Origin: the human T2T-CHM13v2.0 reference genome, Homo sapiens
NCBI RefSeq assembly: GCF_009914755.1
Contig: NC_060926.1
Direction: 5' to 3' (one strand)
DNA length: 64,000 bases
Both the position numbers and the translations under genes were made by a program. Position 1 is the first letter of the stretch. Each line of letters starts with the position of its first letter. Shown here one piece after another: positions 31,771-46,985 of this stretch. The notes below the pieces were generated by a model, which did not search any database, was not told where the DNA came from, and saw only the letters and a program-made list of their open reading frames with translations.

Positions 31771-31799
31771 GTGAAAGATGTCAAAAATAACAACAACAA

Positions 31800-32200
31800 C
31801 AACAAAAAAAAAAACACAAGGTCCACTAAAAAGTGGGTACATTTTATCTACGTAAATTAGATCTCAATAAAGATTGATTTGAAAATACATGCATGCGAAA
31901 GATCACATATTGTTTAATTCCATTTATATTCTGGATAGTGTATCCAGAATAGGTAAATCACATACTGTTTAATTCCATTTGTATTCTGGATATGACGTAT
32001 ATCCAGAACAGGTGGTCGCCAGGGGCTGGGAGAAGGGAAAATGGAAAGTAACTGTTTCATGGTATGGGGAATGGTGGAAATGTTTTGGAACTAGACAGAG
32101 GTGATGGTTAAACAACGTCGTGAATGTACTAAATGCCACTGAATTGTTAATCTTAAACGGATAATTTTATGTTATGTGGATTACACCTCAGAAAAAGAAG
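31800..32200 (+). mobile_element. L1MB/MC 3' fragment
   Basis: ggtcgccaggggctggg...aaatgttttggaactaga...gtgaatgtactaaatgccactgaattgt. Confidence 0.7.
31902..32013 (+). repeat. ~55-bp tandem duplication, each unit with a perfect inverted repeat
   Basis: Units 31902-31956 and 31957-32013; stems tattctggata/tatccagaata and ttctggatat/atatccagaa. Confidence 0.88.
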
Positions 32201-33569
32201 CATGTAAAATAATAACATGTTTTACAATAATATATACAAAGGATATACATAAATATTCAAAAGGTTGACTAAGGGGGAAAGGCACGAGTAAGGGAATAAG
32301 GATAAAAGAAAGTCAAGAAATAATGTTGTACAGGGTAATTCTGAAAAAGGTCCTGCCCAGACCACTGATAACTGTGTGCCACGAACTGAGGTAAGATTTT
32401 CCTCTACACTGGAAATCCAAAAGAGTGTATTGGTTTGCTGCCCCTTTTTGGTAGCAACTCTATTCTTCATTTTGTCATTTGCTGTTTTTACCCAGTAGTA
32501 TATCTCTTGGAGCTCTCTTCATGTTAGTACATACCATCTTTTATCAGTCTCTTTTACAGCTCTAGGGATGTACCATGATCCATGTGTTTTCAACACCGTA
32601 TTTGCGCTGACCTTATATAATATGCCAACGAATGAAGGTTTCACAATGAAGGATCAAAAATGGCTTGCAACAGTGTGTGCCAAACAAAAAGCCCTTTTCT
32701 GAAATAAGTTTAAATTGTAGAGTTGTTTTTTATGCATCCTTCATAGCCAGACTGCTCCCACAAACCACTGGCATTACCAAATGGCCAGGACTCCAATCAT
32801 ACTCTCCCCCCATTTCCACATCCTCCAAACTGAGGTTGATTTAATTTGATTTTACAGGGGAGAAAAAAAACGTTAGCTGGATAAGAGTTCATTGTGTGGT
32901 TCTTTGCTCCAAGATGACCCTTCCGTAAGCCCCGTGACCACCTGGCCTGGCTGTTTGGTATTAAGTTTAAAAGCCTGGAATTAGTTCAGAGAATACACAG
33001 GGCGTTAGCAATAAATAAGTTCATGAAGCTCTCCTTGGACCTTCTGACTCCTCCAGCTACCATGCTAAAAACTCTACTTTTGCTGGATCTGTTTCCCAAA
33101 TCCCAAACATCAACATGTCACCTGCTCAAATACAGTGTATCTAACAGAGTTCTCTGAGACTTTTTCATCAAAATAAACTAAAAGGCTGCCCTTTCTAACA
33201 ATTAGTCACGAATGTCAGTTGCCTCAAGGTGACACAGGAGAAACAAATCTGACGTGTAAAGGAACAGCAGCTGGAAATAATCAGACAAGAGGAAAGGGGG
33301 AAAAAATGGAAATATTCCTTTCTGGGCTAGTTGAGGAACTGTATTTTAGAAAACCTAAAATAGCCTTTTATCAGAGCTGGGATAAAGGTCATCACCATGG
33401 ACCATGGTACTGGGGTAGAGGACAAAGCCACCTCTCAAGTGCACCTCACCCTGCTCTCTAGGGACTGACCAGAGAGTGGGGTCTGTGAAGGTGCCAAGGA
33501 TGCTCTAGCATCTCTAAGGACTGGGCAGTTATGCAATACATTTATGTTTTTGCATAGCATCCCTCCCAC

Positions 33570-34740
33570 AGGGCATTCCAATAAGCTTGACAAAGGAAAT
33601 CTTTCATGTATTGGGTAAAAGCAATGTGAGGAGAAACCTCACATTGGTGGAAGAGAGACAGGAAACAGAGTTCAGATATGGATAGGCCTCCCGGGTGCTT
33701 CCTCCTTAGGCCTGCAAACCCCAACCCAATATGAAGGGCAATGGGAGAAATGGGCAAGGTGACCTGACCAGAGGTACATGGAAGGTAAGGACTGAGTCAA
33801 ATCAGAGGGAGACAGATGAAGGCTTCCTGTCTCCCAGAGAAGGTACGTCCTCACTCTTGGCAAAGGCAGAATCATCTTCTGTCAATCGACTTGAGGTTGG
33901 TTTGGGTTTTTGTTTTGTTTTGAGGCCAGCTATTTATTCTACTTGCTAAATAAGAAACACAAGTAGCAAAATATTTTCCTAATTTACGACTTAGCAGCCT
34001 AATTTATTTTGACAGAAACAGAAGCACGCCTGCACACCAAGGCAAAAGTTGTGTTTGGCTGTTTGAAGATCTCCTTGGCATTCCTGCAGGAAATTCCTAG
34101 GTTTGGACAGTCCAGGAGAAGGGGCTAAATGTCTTTTTTCAGTGACGTGAGTCATCTAATGAAGTGGCAAATCGCCATCCTCAGCTTGAGCAAACCTGAC
34201 AGAAATACGAGTTTTTAGGCAAAGAAACGTTGTTATAAGCCACCTTCAAAAGAAGACATTATTCGTGTGCTTTCAACTTTCTAAAGCCAAGGCTAATGCC
34301 ACCGCCACACCTCTTAGGCATGGATGATCTCATGAACAGCAGCGGACTTTCATCTCCTGAGAGGTCTTGGTCACCGGCTCTGTGCCAGGCACTCCCCAGC
34401 TTGGTGACTACCTGCATACCTGCCCCTTTCCCATACCAGGAAGCTTTACCCAACCAACCCGCTAGGAACAAGGCTTTTTTAAAAGCCAGCCCAGGAGCCC
34501 AGAGGGGCGCTGGTTGGAATATGGTGAGCTCTAGTCCTAGGTTCTCAGCAGAAGCAGACATGCTCTGTTGGGAAAAGAAGACTGCTCAGACCTGCCAGGG
34601 TTGTATTTCCACAAGCCATTATCCTATGATGTGAATAAACTCACAACACGAAAATCAGTGATTACGTGTTTCCCTGCAGCTCTACCTGTGTCTTCAAAAG
34701 CATCCCACTCTCCCATGTTATTGAAGAACATTCCACCAAG
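33570..34740. promoter_or_regulatory. Putative intronic enhancer (AP-1/CRE/TEAD/NF-kB-like motif cluster)
   Basis: TGACGTGAGTCA composite at 34143-34154; TGAGTCA at ~33793; CATTCC at ~33574, ~34079 and ~34729; GGAAATTCC at 34089-34097; largely repeat-free. Confidence 0.35.
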
Positions 34741-35092
34741 GGTGCCTAGAAAGTAATGAGTCTGAATTCCTTAAGTCACACAGGGAACATGTTCCATTAC
34801 AGATCCACCTGGTAGAATTTCCTATGGACCTTCATTATTGGAGGAGGAGATTCAGATTCAGCATGAATTAGAAAACCCCAATTTCTATCAATCAGAAAAA
34901 GGCCAGTATCCGGATGCAGGACGGGGAATACTCTGTTTCTTTATCGTAACCTTTATTACCTTCCTATACCACAGAAATATAGATCTGGAAAAATCAAAGA
35001 ATCATATAAACTGACATTTCAGAATATTTTTATGTGAGGATCACAGATTATCCGATCCTTGGCCCCACTTCCCACAAAAGAAAAAAGATATA

Positions 35093-35409
35093 CAGTTGCC
35101 CCTCAGTATTCGTGGGGGATTGGTACCAAAATTCATGGATGCTCAAGAACCCTGTATAAAATGATGTAGTATTTGCATATAACCTATGCATATCTTCCTG
35201 TATACTTTAATCATGTCTAGAGTAATACCTAAGACAAAGTAAATGCTATGTAAACAGATGTTATACTATAACATTTAGGAAATAATGGCAAGAAAAAAAG
35301 TCTGTACATGTTCAGTACAGATGCAATCATCCATTTTTTTCCAAGTATTTTCAATCTACATTTAACTGAATCCACAAATGCAGAAGCCATGGACATGGAG
35401 GACTGACTG
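35093..35409. mobile_element. MER2 (Tigger-derived MITE)
   Basis: TIRs cagttgcccctc... and ...gaggactgactg flanked by TA; internal catggatgctcaag...tttgcatataacctatgc. Confidence 0.85.
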
Positions 35410-36628
35410 TAGACATATTTAATAGTCAAAGCCAGCCCTAGAAACATAGTCTCCTATGGAGGGGAGGAAGAAAAAAGCATAACTACTAATTCTAAGATCA
35501 CGTCCATGTTATCATGATTTAGACAGAAATAGCCTCCTAGCAGTAAATCACTAAAAGTCTCTTTATTTTGAAAGTACTAAGATATGTAGGATCATATAAA
35601 CATCTTTTAACACCATGTCATCATTAAGGAGGCAATAAATGGAAATTACTGGCATAACTTTTGCTAAAGGGAATTGTAATGGAGAAAGAATTTAAACAGA
35701 ACTAGACCACATAAATTGGAAGAGAGTTCCCAGATAACCCCACACTCTAACAAAGCTTCTCTACTCTGAAACATCGGCACTGCAGCTGTCACTTGCCAAG
35801 GCCCATGGGACAGCAGAGGTGAATGTACAAATTAGACAAGTAACTTGTAAAGAACCACAAAAGCTCAGAAAATTCCCCAAAAGAATATCTTGGGAAAGTT
35901 CACTTTCGCAGTGTTCAACATGTATGATCTTTTCCGCTAAGCTGACTGGACAAAGTCCTATCATCAAAAATAGTGACCGTAGGGCACAGCACCATGCATA
36001 CCAGGGTCAGGCCATAGGACAGTGGTATTTGCGTCAACTGCTCTCCCACTTCTCCTAGCCAAACGCTCAACCAAGGTAGGCTTGCTAGAGCAAGGGCCAA
36101 GTCACCTAAAGAACATGACTGTCCTGAGAGAAACTCCTGTGATTTTGTCTGAGTAAAAAGGCTCAGAGACAAAATCGAAACAGTGTCACATCTTTCCAAA
36201 AGTAATTCCAGCCATAGAGAACAAACAGAAGAACACAGAATACACTCCTCCTCCACCCCCCAAAAAATCAAGTGTTAAGAAATAAAAGCAGATTCCAAAA
36301 GCTCTAGACTCTGAAAAAGACGTGGGGAAAGCCTCAATTAAACACAGAGAAAGCTATTAGGAGAATCAAAAGATTGACAGAAGTTCATGCATCCATTCAA
36401 CAAATAACATCCAGCTCCCAACTAGTGGTACGAACCGTGTTAAATCTTACTACATAAAACTCAGGACAGGCATGCTTTTTATTCTTCAGGAACTTAAAAA
36501 GCTACCAGACGAAATAAGCTATAATTATGCCCAAGCTGCTACATTACACAGCTACAGGTCATTTTCCCTAAGAATCATATGAATCAAGAATTTGGGGTGG
36601 GCATTTAGGTGGAACCTTGAAAGATTCA

Positions 36629-36853
<225 letters not shown>

Positions 36854-37649
36854 TCAGATATTTTCGGTGTGTTCAGATACTTTCCACATACACTTAACTC
36901 TCAATTTATTGCTCAAAAGCCTAGCAGAACACAGATAAGTCAGGCACTATGGGGACTTCCTACCCTGGACGGAAGAGGTCTCTATCTCTGTCCACTTCCT
37001 CAGGGAGAAGGAGGCTTTTCTGTGACTTCTTTTACTTCCTTGCCTCCTACTAAATCATAGAGAGTTGTGTGTAGGTCTCCTCTATCCCTCTACTGTCCAA
37101 ACCCAATGCCAGTCAGACAGATGCCCTTAGCTAAAGAAAAAGAAAACATATCTAACCCATTCCTGACTTTTTCTCCAAGTGGTCTGGGGCAAGCAAGCAC
37201 TCCTCTCAATGCAACAAAACTCTGGTCTCACAATTGCTCTCCTACCAATCTCAGTGTTGTCTAATGGTCCAGGTTTAGAAACTAAAAAAGCCATTTATTA
37301 GAATCACCATTTAAAAAGACGAGACAGTGTTCACAACTTGATAGATGCCTTCCAGGCCCTGACAAGTTACCTTGATATTAAAAAGGAGACGTCAAGTTCC
37401 TTTAACCTACTTTTCTTGCTTTTTTTTTTTCTTTTTGCAAATTTTGATTTACAAGTTTACTTTAAACTTTATCATCCAAGCATTATCTGCTCATCTTACT
37501 ATAGAATGCACCTTGAAACATAATGGTATGCTATGAGGTACTGTCCAAGGAAAGAGATGGAGAGCCTTCCTTTGCTTGAGTATTTGAATAATGATGATAA
37601 TCAAAGTTGTTCTTTAACAAATTTTAATGTGAATAATATATACATTTAT

Positions 37650-37758
37650 AAATAGAGATAAAGGTCTCACTATGTTGCCTAGGCTGGTCTTAAACTGCTG
37701 ACCTCAAGCAATCCTCCTGCCTCAGCCTCCGAAGTGCTGGGATCACAAGCATGTGCCA
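37650..37758 (-). mobile_element. FLAM / Alu left-monomer fragment
   Basis: ggtctcactatgttgcctaggctggtcttaaactgctgacctcaagcaatcctcctgcctcagcctcc. Confidence 0.85.
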
Positions 37759-40384
37759 ATAATGAAAGGAAACTAAACAACTCAATTCGCAACAGCAACA
37801 AATGCCCAACAAAGCTGAGAACTTCTCCGCTGAGAAGCAACACACATGTACTGAATATGCTGTTGGTTTATCTAGTGAGAGTTCTCCTGGGGCAAAGAGA
37901 AAACCACTCTAAGCAGCACAGCATAATGGTTAAGAGGGGATTTACAGACTCTGGAGAGTGAGAAACTCAATTTGACCCTAGCAAATATTTTAAATCTTTG
38001 GCTTCATTTTCTTCATTGGCTTGATATCAATCTTAAATGAGATGTGCATGTAAAAAGTACTTGGCAGAGCAGCGATTAATAGAGCACTGATAGGTGAAAG
38101 AGATGACTAACATGGATACAGCTCTCCTCTCCCAAAGAGATGACATGTATAGTCAACGCCAAAAGAGATGTCAAAATCAAAGGCAAGTCATTTCAATTGC
38201 ATCAAGAAAAATATTCCATAAAATCAAAGGCAATATTTCTAGGGAAATTTTGGTTCCTAACAGTTCTCCATTAAATGCTTGCTTAGTTTCTTCTGGATGC
38301 AATAAAAACTTTTTCTCAAAGATAATACAATTGAACATGTGTCCGACTGAGGAGATTAAGATTATACACACTGCCCTCACTTTCAGTTAAATACCACCTT
38401 CAATTAAATCTAGGCTGCATTGCAGGGGTCATTTTTTTAAAAGTGAGTCACTTCATTTAGTATTTTTCCAGTAAAAGGTGGAAATCTTTGGCTTCGAATG
38501 CTGATCTAGGAGACAGAGTCAGAAATAATGGTGATTCCTCTTGTTTCCTGGGTTGGTTTCTTTTGCATTGCAGTAATTCATTTACTTGGTTAAGTCATAC
38601 TGAACTGCTGGTGATTTCAGAAGAGGCAGGCAAGTGAACACATGAGCAGGATGATAGGAAGTAAAAAATTCCACTATCACTAGGATACCTTTGTTCAAAG
38701 GCACAACTCGATTAAGTTCACATCCTGTGGTCATTTGTCGAGTTCTTAGAACAATGGTAAATTTAGTTGCTGGGTACAACAAAAAAACCATTGTTTCTTT
38801 TCGTTATTTCTCTTCCTTGTTGAAAGTTTAAACATTGATTGTCTCAGAGTCCAGAGTTTACATACAAGCTAGAACATTATGTTAATACATGCGTATCAAA
38901 AAACAAATACACACACACTTACATGTATATTCAGTTAGTGTTAGCATTTAACCCATGTTTGTATAGGCAGCACTAAACTTCAAAAACTTTTTATGAACAA
39001 AATGGCAAAGTTGTATGAAAACATTAGTCCTGTCTCTCACTACTAGTCTATCTTGGAACAAGACAACTAGTCCGCAAGACAGAATAGATGGCTGGAATTT
39101 CCAAGTTGGAATTGAAATCCCTTCCTTTAGGATCAACAGTACAACTATATAACATGCTACTGATGAAAGACAGGAGGACTTTGGAGATGGAACGATTAGT
39201 TACCACACCTCCACCAGAGAATTACCTCAAAGGGTATAATCATTTCCCTGTTTGTTTCTCTCCTGCAGACTTTCCAAGTTCCTCAAGGTCAGACCGTAAA
39301 GGGCACTTCTTCTTTGGATCACCAAGATGTAGCAACGCTGGCACTCACCGGGGCGCAACAAAGACCGAATAAAGAGATGGAGGATAATTAACCCATCGTC
39401 TGATCAAGAAAAAGCAGGGAGATTTAAATTCTGACCTTCAGCCAGCTCACAGTTGCTCAGGTCTTTCTAAAGAATAGACTCTCCACTCTTCCCACCCTGT
39501 TTCACGATTTAATAAGTATGGTTCCACTTTCTCTAACATGGAAGGAAGAACTTTCCTAACCCACATGGCACCTTGAACTACCAGCCAGGAGATGACAGGC
39601 ATGTTTATAGAGTAGTGTATTTGCATCTTTTTTCCTTCTTTTAAATATCTAACAGTCTGCTGTTTTGGCTGAATATTCCAGTCTGGTTTCAATGGTGGGG
39701 AGCACATGAGCGAAACCCTACAGTGTTTTCACTTGGTGTAGGAATCTCTCTCCCTGCTATAATGAACTGTGAGTCCACTGCCAGAATTCCTCTGTGCTCT
39801 TTTCAGCTGTCAGCACTTTAGCATTAATGCTAATAACTTTTCTAAACCTCCCAATGTCCCCATCATTGCTCTGGAGAGATGACAGGCCATGAGGATTGCT
39901 GCTTTATGCAACTTATTTTATCAATTGCATTGTTAGGTACTTTGCGTGATGGAAGAAAGAACGAGAGGAGTAGTAAGAGGGTATTTTTAGAAGATTCCTC
40001 ATCTCCTCATATCTTCTGAGCCTTTTTACCAATGTAGTAGCATTAATTATTTTGAAGACACATAAAAAGTGGTTTGGAAAGTAAGCATTTCCATTCATGA
40101 TTTCCCTGTATGTGAAATGTTTAAGTGCTTAAGCTACCATAAGATTAATCCCTTTTTAACACCACAAATAAAACCAGTTAGAGGATAAATAGGTAAAAAG
40201 TAATCACTAAAATATAAGGTTTGAAAAGAGAACTTTTATCTATCTTAATTACCCTATAGGAGGTGCTTAACTAATGTTTATTGCATGACGGTGAATTCTC
40301 TAGTCAGTGAATTCTCAATTAGCCATACCAATGGAGGGGTACACTGATGTGGAAAATATAAATAACAAGAGACTTCACACATTG

Positions 40385-40735
40385 AGTTCTTTCCATGTAA
40401 AACAGAGACAATAATACCTGTCCATTGGGTTGTTGTATGGACTAAATGAGCTAAATATGAAATGCATTTAGCCCAGGAGCTGACAAGTAATAACAACTCC
40501 TCAGTGCTAACTGCTATTATCATAATCATCATTGTCATTTACTATGTATTGCACATTCATGATCTTTAATCCTTAAAACAACTCTGCAAGGCCAATATGA
40601 TGGTCCAGATTTGGTGCTGAAACACCACAAAACACACTGAGCCAAGTAACTGGCTCTCAGTCATAAAGCTAGCAAATGATGCCACTGGGCTCTGAACCAG
40701 GGTCTGCCTGGAGTTTCCTCCAATTGCCAAGTGAT
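40385..40735. mobile_element. Two back-to-back MIR fragments (+ then -)
   Basis: catgtaaaacagagacaataatacct..., then reverse ccttaaaacaactctgcaagg...aagtaactggctctcagtcataaagctag. Confidence 0.55.
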
Positions 40736-40739
40736 GCTA

Positions 40740-41086
<347 letters not shown>

Positions 41087-41189
41087 AAAATTCACTTCTT
41101 ATCCTGAAGTTTGAGAATCATAAAGCTAGGTCAGACAGCAAAAGTGAAGGAGGCAAAGAGGACCATAGCAAGGGTGACAGCTTTGCAAA

Positions 41190-41385
41190 CAGCCAAGACT
41201 AGGTTCAGATCCAGCTGCGTGACCTTCAACTGACTGTGATCATCCAAGTCTCTGCCTCCTGATTTGTAAAACTGAGATAATCACACCAACCCTCGCAGGA
41301 ATGAGGAACGGATCAGGCATCAAGTATGCTGAGTAATTGGTCCAGTCCTTGGCACACGGCAGGTGCTCCATAAATGTTTGTATCA
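41190..41385 (+). mobile_element. MIR
   Basis: tgcgtgacctt...tttgtaaaactgagataat...ggcacacggcaggtgctccataaatgtt. Confidence 0.6.
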
Positions 41386-43214
41386 GAATTATCTGGTCGA
41401 CTTGAATTGCTTTTAAAAGTCCTCCTGGTATGGAGGAAAAAATCCCTCCCAGAATTTTGACTTTGAATATTTTTTCTAAAGGTTGCTCTACCTCAAAACG
41501 TAAAGTAAAATTCTCCCCAGAGTCAAATTACTTCTATTACACATAATTTTTCTTTTGTCATGTATTACTTTACACACATAAACACACAAATATATCTTTT
41601 GCCTCTGTAAACATAAAGAAAAAAAGATTATATATAGTCATATGTTCTATATATAATCATATTCACATAAACTTTGGCACTTATAAGGGGAGAAAGAAAA
41701 GAGTAATGAAAATTAAACCAAAATAGAAAAGAATAGGAAATTCTTAAACTAAAAAAACAAACAACAAAAAAAAATCGCTTTCTTAGAGCACTGTTATGCT
41801 ACAAGATAACTGATGAAGAGGCTCTATACATACATATGTACTGATAATAATGCTGATAATAATGCTTATAAAGACCCATCAGCATTCAAATAAAAAAGGA
41901 TAAACAAGGGGACACAGTCAAAGGGAATATGGTTCAACTGTTTATTTAAATCTGGTAATCAGATAAACCATCAATCTATAACAAAATAACAGTAGGAAAA
42001 TTCATTTCATTATTGCATGAAATGAAAACCAAAAGAAAGCGCATTTACAAATGCACACTAAGCCAGGCATTAGGTGATTTTCAACTCCTCACCAAAGCAA
42101 TCAAATAGAGATTAACATACCTGTCAGCTGAAACCAGGCTGTCAAAATGAAAGCCTTAAATTACACATGTCCTTAACAAAAAGGATTTAAGAGATTTTTC
42201 TCCTAACTAATAAGGAGCACTGCATAGTTTTTAATAAAACAATAATGTTTAATTTTGCTTATGTGCTAAAAAGGCATTTTTAAGGAGATTAAAACGCAGA
42301 TTCAAGACCACCAGAAGAAACTTTCCAACATGAAATCAGACCATTTGGTCATCTCTTCTGAGTACGTTGTTCATTTGTCTTTTACCCAGCAACAATTCCT
42401 GCAAAATGATAATCAAAACAGCCTTTTGGTAAACAGGAGCTTAAACACTGTCTCTCAAATCAGATTACATTTCAAGTGATCTGAAACTAAGACAGCACTT
42501 CATGAACATGGTTCTCATTTTAAAAAGTCACAGGGAAACTGCCCTTTGAGGTTCTGAGGGACACAGACACCAAAGTTTAGGACTCAGCAGTTCATGATCA
42601 CTGACATATCCAACCCTCTAGCCATCGTTTTGAAAGTGAAGCAGAATGGGGTTCAGGAGGAAGAGAACAGGGCAAAAAGGGATACTTAATAGTGACCCTG
42701 AAGAGGAAAACAAAGCAACCTTGAGAAATCTTCCAGGGGATATTAACAAACTTGCATCTCTGAAACACTGGACCACCAAATACATCATAAAATTTGGGAG
42801 GATCAGATTCTCTTCTCAATATCCATGGAGAAGATACTGCTGATAAAACTATTGACATAGGAAAGTTAGTTCCTCAAAGAGTATCAGGTTCCAGGTATAT
42901 TTTTCAGAATTTTATCACCATTACATAAACAGGATGAACTACTTCATAGTACTTTAAATCCAGCAGAAAAGGCAAGACCAGACCATATCTCAGGATTCAG
43001 GTATCATTATTTCAGAATTTAAGACAATTTATAACTGAAACTGGGCATAAGATTTCCCAATTTACAATCCATAAGGGAAAAGGGAGGTTCTTCCTAGGGA
43101 AGAAAGTTATTTATTGACTCAAAACAATAAACTGCTCTTTAAACACATTGTAAGTATATATTTTAACAAAGAAAGTACATTAGATCAGGATTACATTTTG
43201 CTGATTGGGGTGAC

Positions 43215-43925
43215 ATGTCGTCTCTGTCTCGTGACCAGTTACTTACCTAAGAGCAGTATTACATAAAACACTCACTAGTGGTGCCTGCCACACTTGTGAT
43301 TCCTTCCCAGGCAGGAACTTCCGAAGCTACACCCTTCTCCAAGGAGGGTGTCTGAGTTTAGGGCAGTCAGGTGTTCTATGAAGGGACTCACAAAAAACTA
43401 GATTCTCAATCTTTGGGATTAAGATTGGGAAATACAGACAGAATCCAGCAATTAGCAGCCATAGTTGCGGCTAACAGGGAAAGAAGAGAGAAGCTGGATG
43501 GGCCATAAGGAGCTATGAGTGAGCCAAAATTCTGACTAAGTAGAAACAACATGACAGAGAAGACATGCACAGATAGTAGGTAAGAAAGCCAGGTAAAAAC
43601 AGCCAGAGAAGCAGGTGGGCATGAGCAAAGCAAACACATGCTGATTGGCCGGTTACACTAAGGTTAGAGGATCCAGAATAGTGAGGATCCAAAGTTTCCT
43701 GCTGCTGAGGTCTTATCCACTTCCCAGTCCATATGCAGACATTTCACTGCAATTCCCAAGACCGAGACCCTCAACTTTTCCAGGGATGCTAGAAAACCCA
43801 GGATTATGGATGAGATTCCTGTCCCCCTATTCCCACATCTACCTTTATAAAGAATGCCCCATTATTTGGGTAATTTTAGTGAGTCCCTGTTCCTTACAAC
43901 CTAAAGGGCAGATTAACCAATTTTG
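43215..43925 (+). mobile_element. Ancient ERVL-class LTR (LTR16/LTR33-like), subfamily uncertain
   Basis: LTR-like 3' end gagtccctgttccttacaacctaaagggcagattaacc; recognised by eye only. Confidence 0.4.
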
Positions 43926-44249
43926 TTATATTCTATAATCCAGACTGCTCACCAACTCAAAAAAATCTTTCCATAAATTTGCTCATACAAATAAACTTCA
44001 TCACACTTCATTTTTTAGACCATAAGTGATGCAACTTTCATTCCCTAAACTGAGGCAATAATTTTTTCTTTTCCAATCCACAATTACCCAACCATCCCAC
44101 CCCACCTCACCCCACCCACCATTTTCTCCTGACCTTAGATATTTTAGGTCTGGGTCAAATCGGGAATAAGGCAAGATGCCTTCTCACTATAACTCCCTCT
44201 TACCTTTAAGGTCAGTAATGGGAGCAAATAAGCTAGCATTTAATTAGTA

Positions 44250-44810
44250 CAACTGGAAGAAATTTTCACAGTATCTATCAAAAGTATAAATGCAATACCA
44301 CTGGCCCCAGCCATCTGAAATTCTGGATATCTATCCCACAGAAATAATAAAAACTTGGAAACAATCAATAAGTTCATCAATAAAGGAATTAGTTAAGTAA
44401 ATTCAGCTGCACTCATAGAATAGCAATGGATCCAGAATACACATTTTTAAAGGAGGTGGATCTCTGAGAAATAGCCTGGAATGACAGCTGTGAATATTTA
44501 TAATGTGTATACTTTACTAAAAATATTTACAGAAAATATACAGAAGTAAAATACCCAAGTAATATATATATATTACTTTGAAGAAGTAAAATTTACAGAT
44601 TGCAGAACAATACGTATAGTTTCCACATTACATGTAAAATTATTACATTTTGGAAAAATCTTTATGTAGATGTATACATAGAAAAACATCTGCAAGGATA
44701 CACACCAAACTGGCCATACAGGCCATCTCTGGGCAATGAAAGTTGGGAGTTATTTTCATCTACTTGATTCATAAATATTATACATTTGTAACTTAAAAAA
44801 CATTTAAAAT
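44250..44810 (+). mobile_element. L1ME-like relic
   Basis: AT-rich; aacttggaaacaatcaataagttcatcaataaaggaattagttaagtaaatt. Confidence 0.5.
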
Positions 44811-45140
44811 AAAGACTAGTCATGCCAAAAGCTATTTTGTCCTTTTGTTCTAAATACTATAAAATCCTTAAAATTTAGCGGACCACAAAATTCAACATTC
44901 ATATCATCAAATTAAATTCCTATTCATTTCTCCCACATCCGCATGAAATCACACAGCTAGTTCTACAAAAAGATACCACATATTTAATTCATCTAGAAAA
45001 TCCTCATGCTGCCAGCTCTAGGTTTGATACGAAGTCACTATGAAATCCAAAAGTCACTACTCTGTTCAAACACATCCACAAACAGTAAGAAAGTTACTGA
45101 CTCTTAACTTCTCTCTGTGCCAAAACTTTTTGTAAAACAA

Positions 45141-45432
<292 letters not shown>

Positions 45433-45984
45433 AAAACGATTTTTCTACCAATCAACGAAGTGCCAAATACCAGAATAAGGTGATCCAATGGTATCTAGAA
45501 GACAAAAGGCAAAGTATAATAGATACTCCTAAGAAATCTAAGTCGTAACACAGACATTAAGAGTAGATTGTATTAGATGTATTCCGTGATTCTGAAAACA
45601 TTTAAGTATGAGAAAAAATACACTTAACACACTTTGCAGTAATCATAAGGCATGCTTGTCAGTGTATGCCAAAATCTCAAGAAATAAAATCACTTTTGCC
45701 AAGCAAGTATTAATCTAAGACTAGTTTATTTTACTTGCTGTAACAAATTAAATGTGAAAGTACTGGGAATACAAAAAAGGTAGACATTTCTAAAAATATC
45801 AATTTACACTTTTTTTTTTAAAGTCCTATGCCATGTAAATATATACTCCTACATCAAAATTCAAACAGTGTCTAGCCTTGGGTGATGAGGTTACTTTTCC
45901 TCCTTTTCACTCATCAGTGTTGTATAAATTTTCTACAATGACCTTATATTATTGTTTGTATAATATTTGAGAAGTATAAAATAG

Positions 45985-46284
45985 GGCCAGGATCAGCGGC
46001 TCACACCTGTAATCCCAGCACTTTGGGAGGCTGAGGCAGGTAGATCACCTGAGGTCAGGGGTTTGAGACCAGCCTGACCAACATGGTGAAACCCCATCTC
46101 TATTAAAAATACAAAATTAGCCTAGTGTGGTGGTACATGCCTGTAATCTCAGCTGCTTGGGAGGCTGAGGCAGGAGAATCACTTGAACCAGGAGGCAGAG
46201 GTTGCAGTGAGCCGAGATTGCGCCATTGCACTCCAGCCTGGACAAGAGTGAAACTCCATCTCAAATAAATAAATTAATTAAATA
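45985..46284 (+). mobile_element. AluS
   Basis: Alu dimer; (TAAA)n-like tail. Confidence 0.93.
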
Positions 46285-46563
46285 AGCTTGGAATTTTTAA
46301 TAACCTCAGAGATCCAGATAACATCTTTTTCTCAGTGCTTTTTCCTTACATGAGAAAGGAACTCAGGCCAGCCACAGGAAGGACACTCCACAATTCTAAT
46401 CCCACGTCCAGACCTGTCTTCCAATGTAATAAACAGGTCACTTAGCCTTTAAATCTCTAACTTTATAAAGATAACATTTAGCCCTCTTCCCACATCTAAA
46501 AGCATATAATATTTTATGATAAGGGCTTTTACCAGACTTTACAACTTAATAAAAGGTAAAATA

Positions 46564-46985
<422 letters not shown>

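Noticed and set aside
34495-34514. CTCF-like gcccagaggggcgctg
   Set aside because: The spacing does not fit the CC..AG(R)(K)GGC core, so it is too weak to call.
43241-43260. Another minus-strand AG|GTAAGT (ctgctcttag|gtaagt)
   Set aside because: Weak polypyrimidine tract, and it sits within a probable LTR relic.
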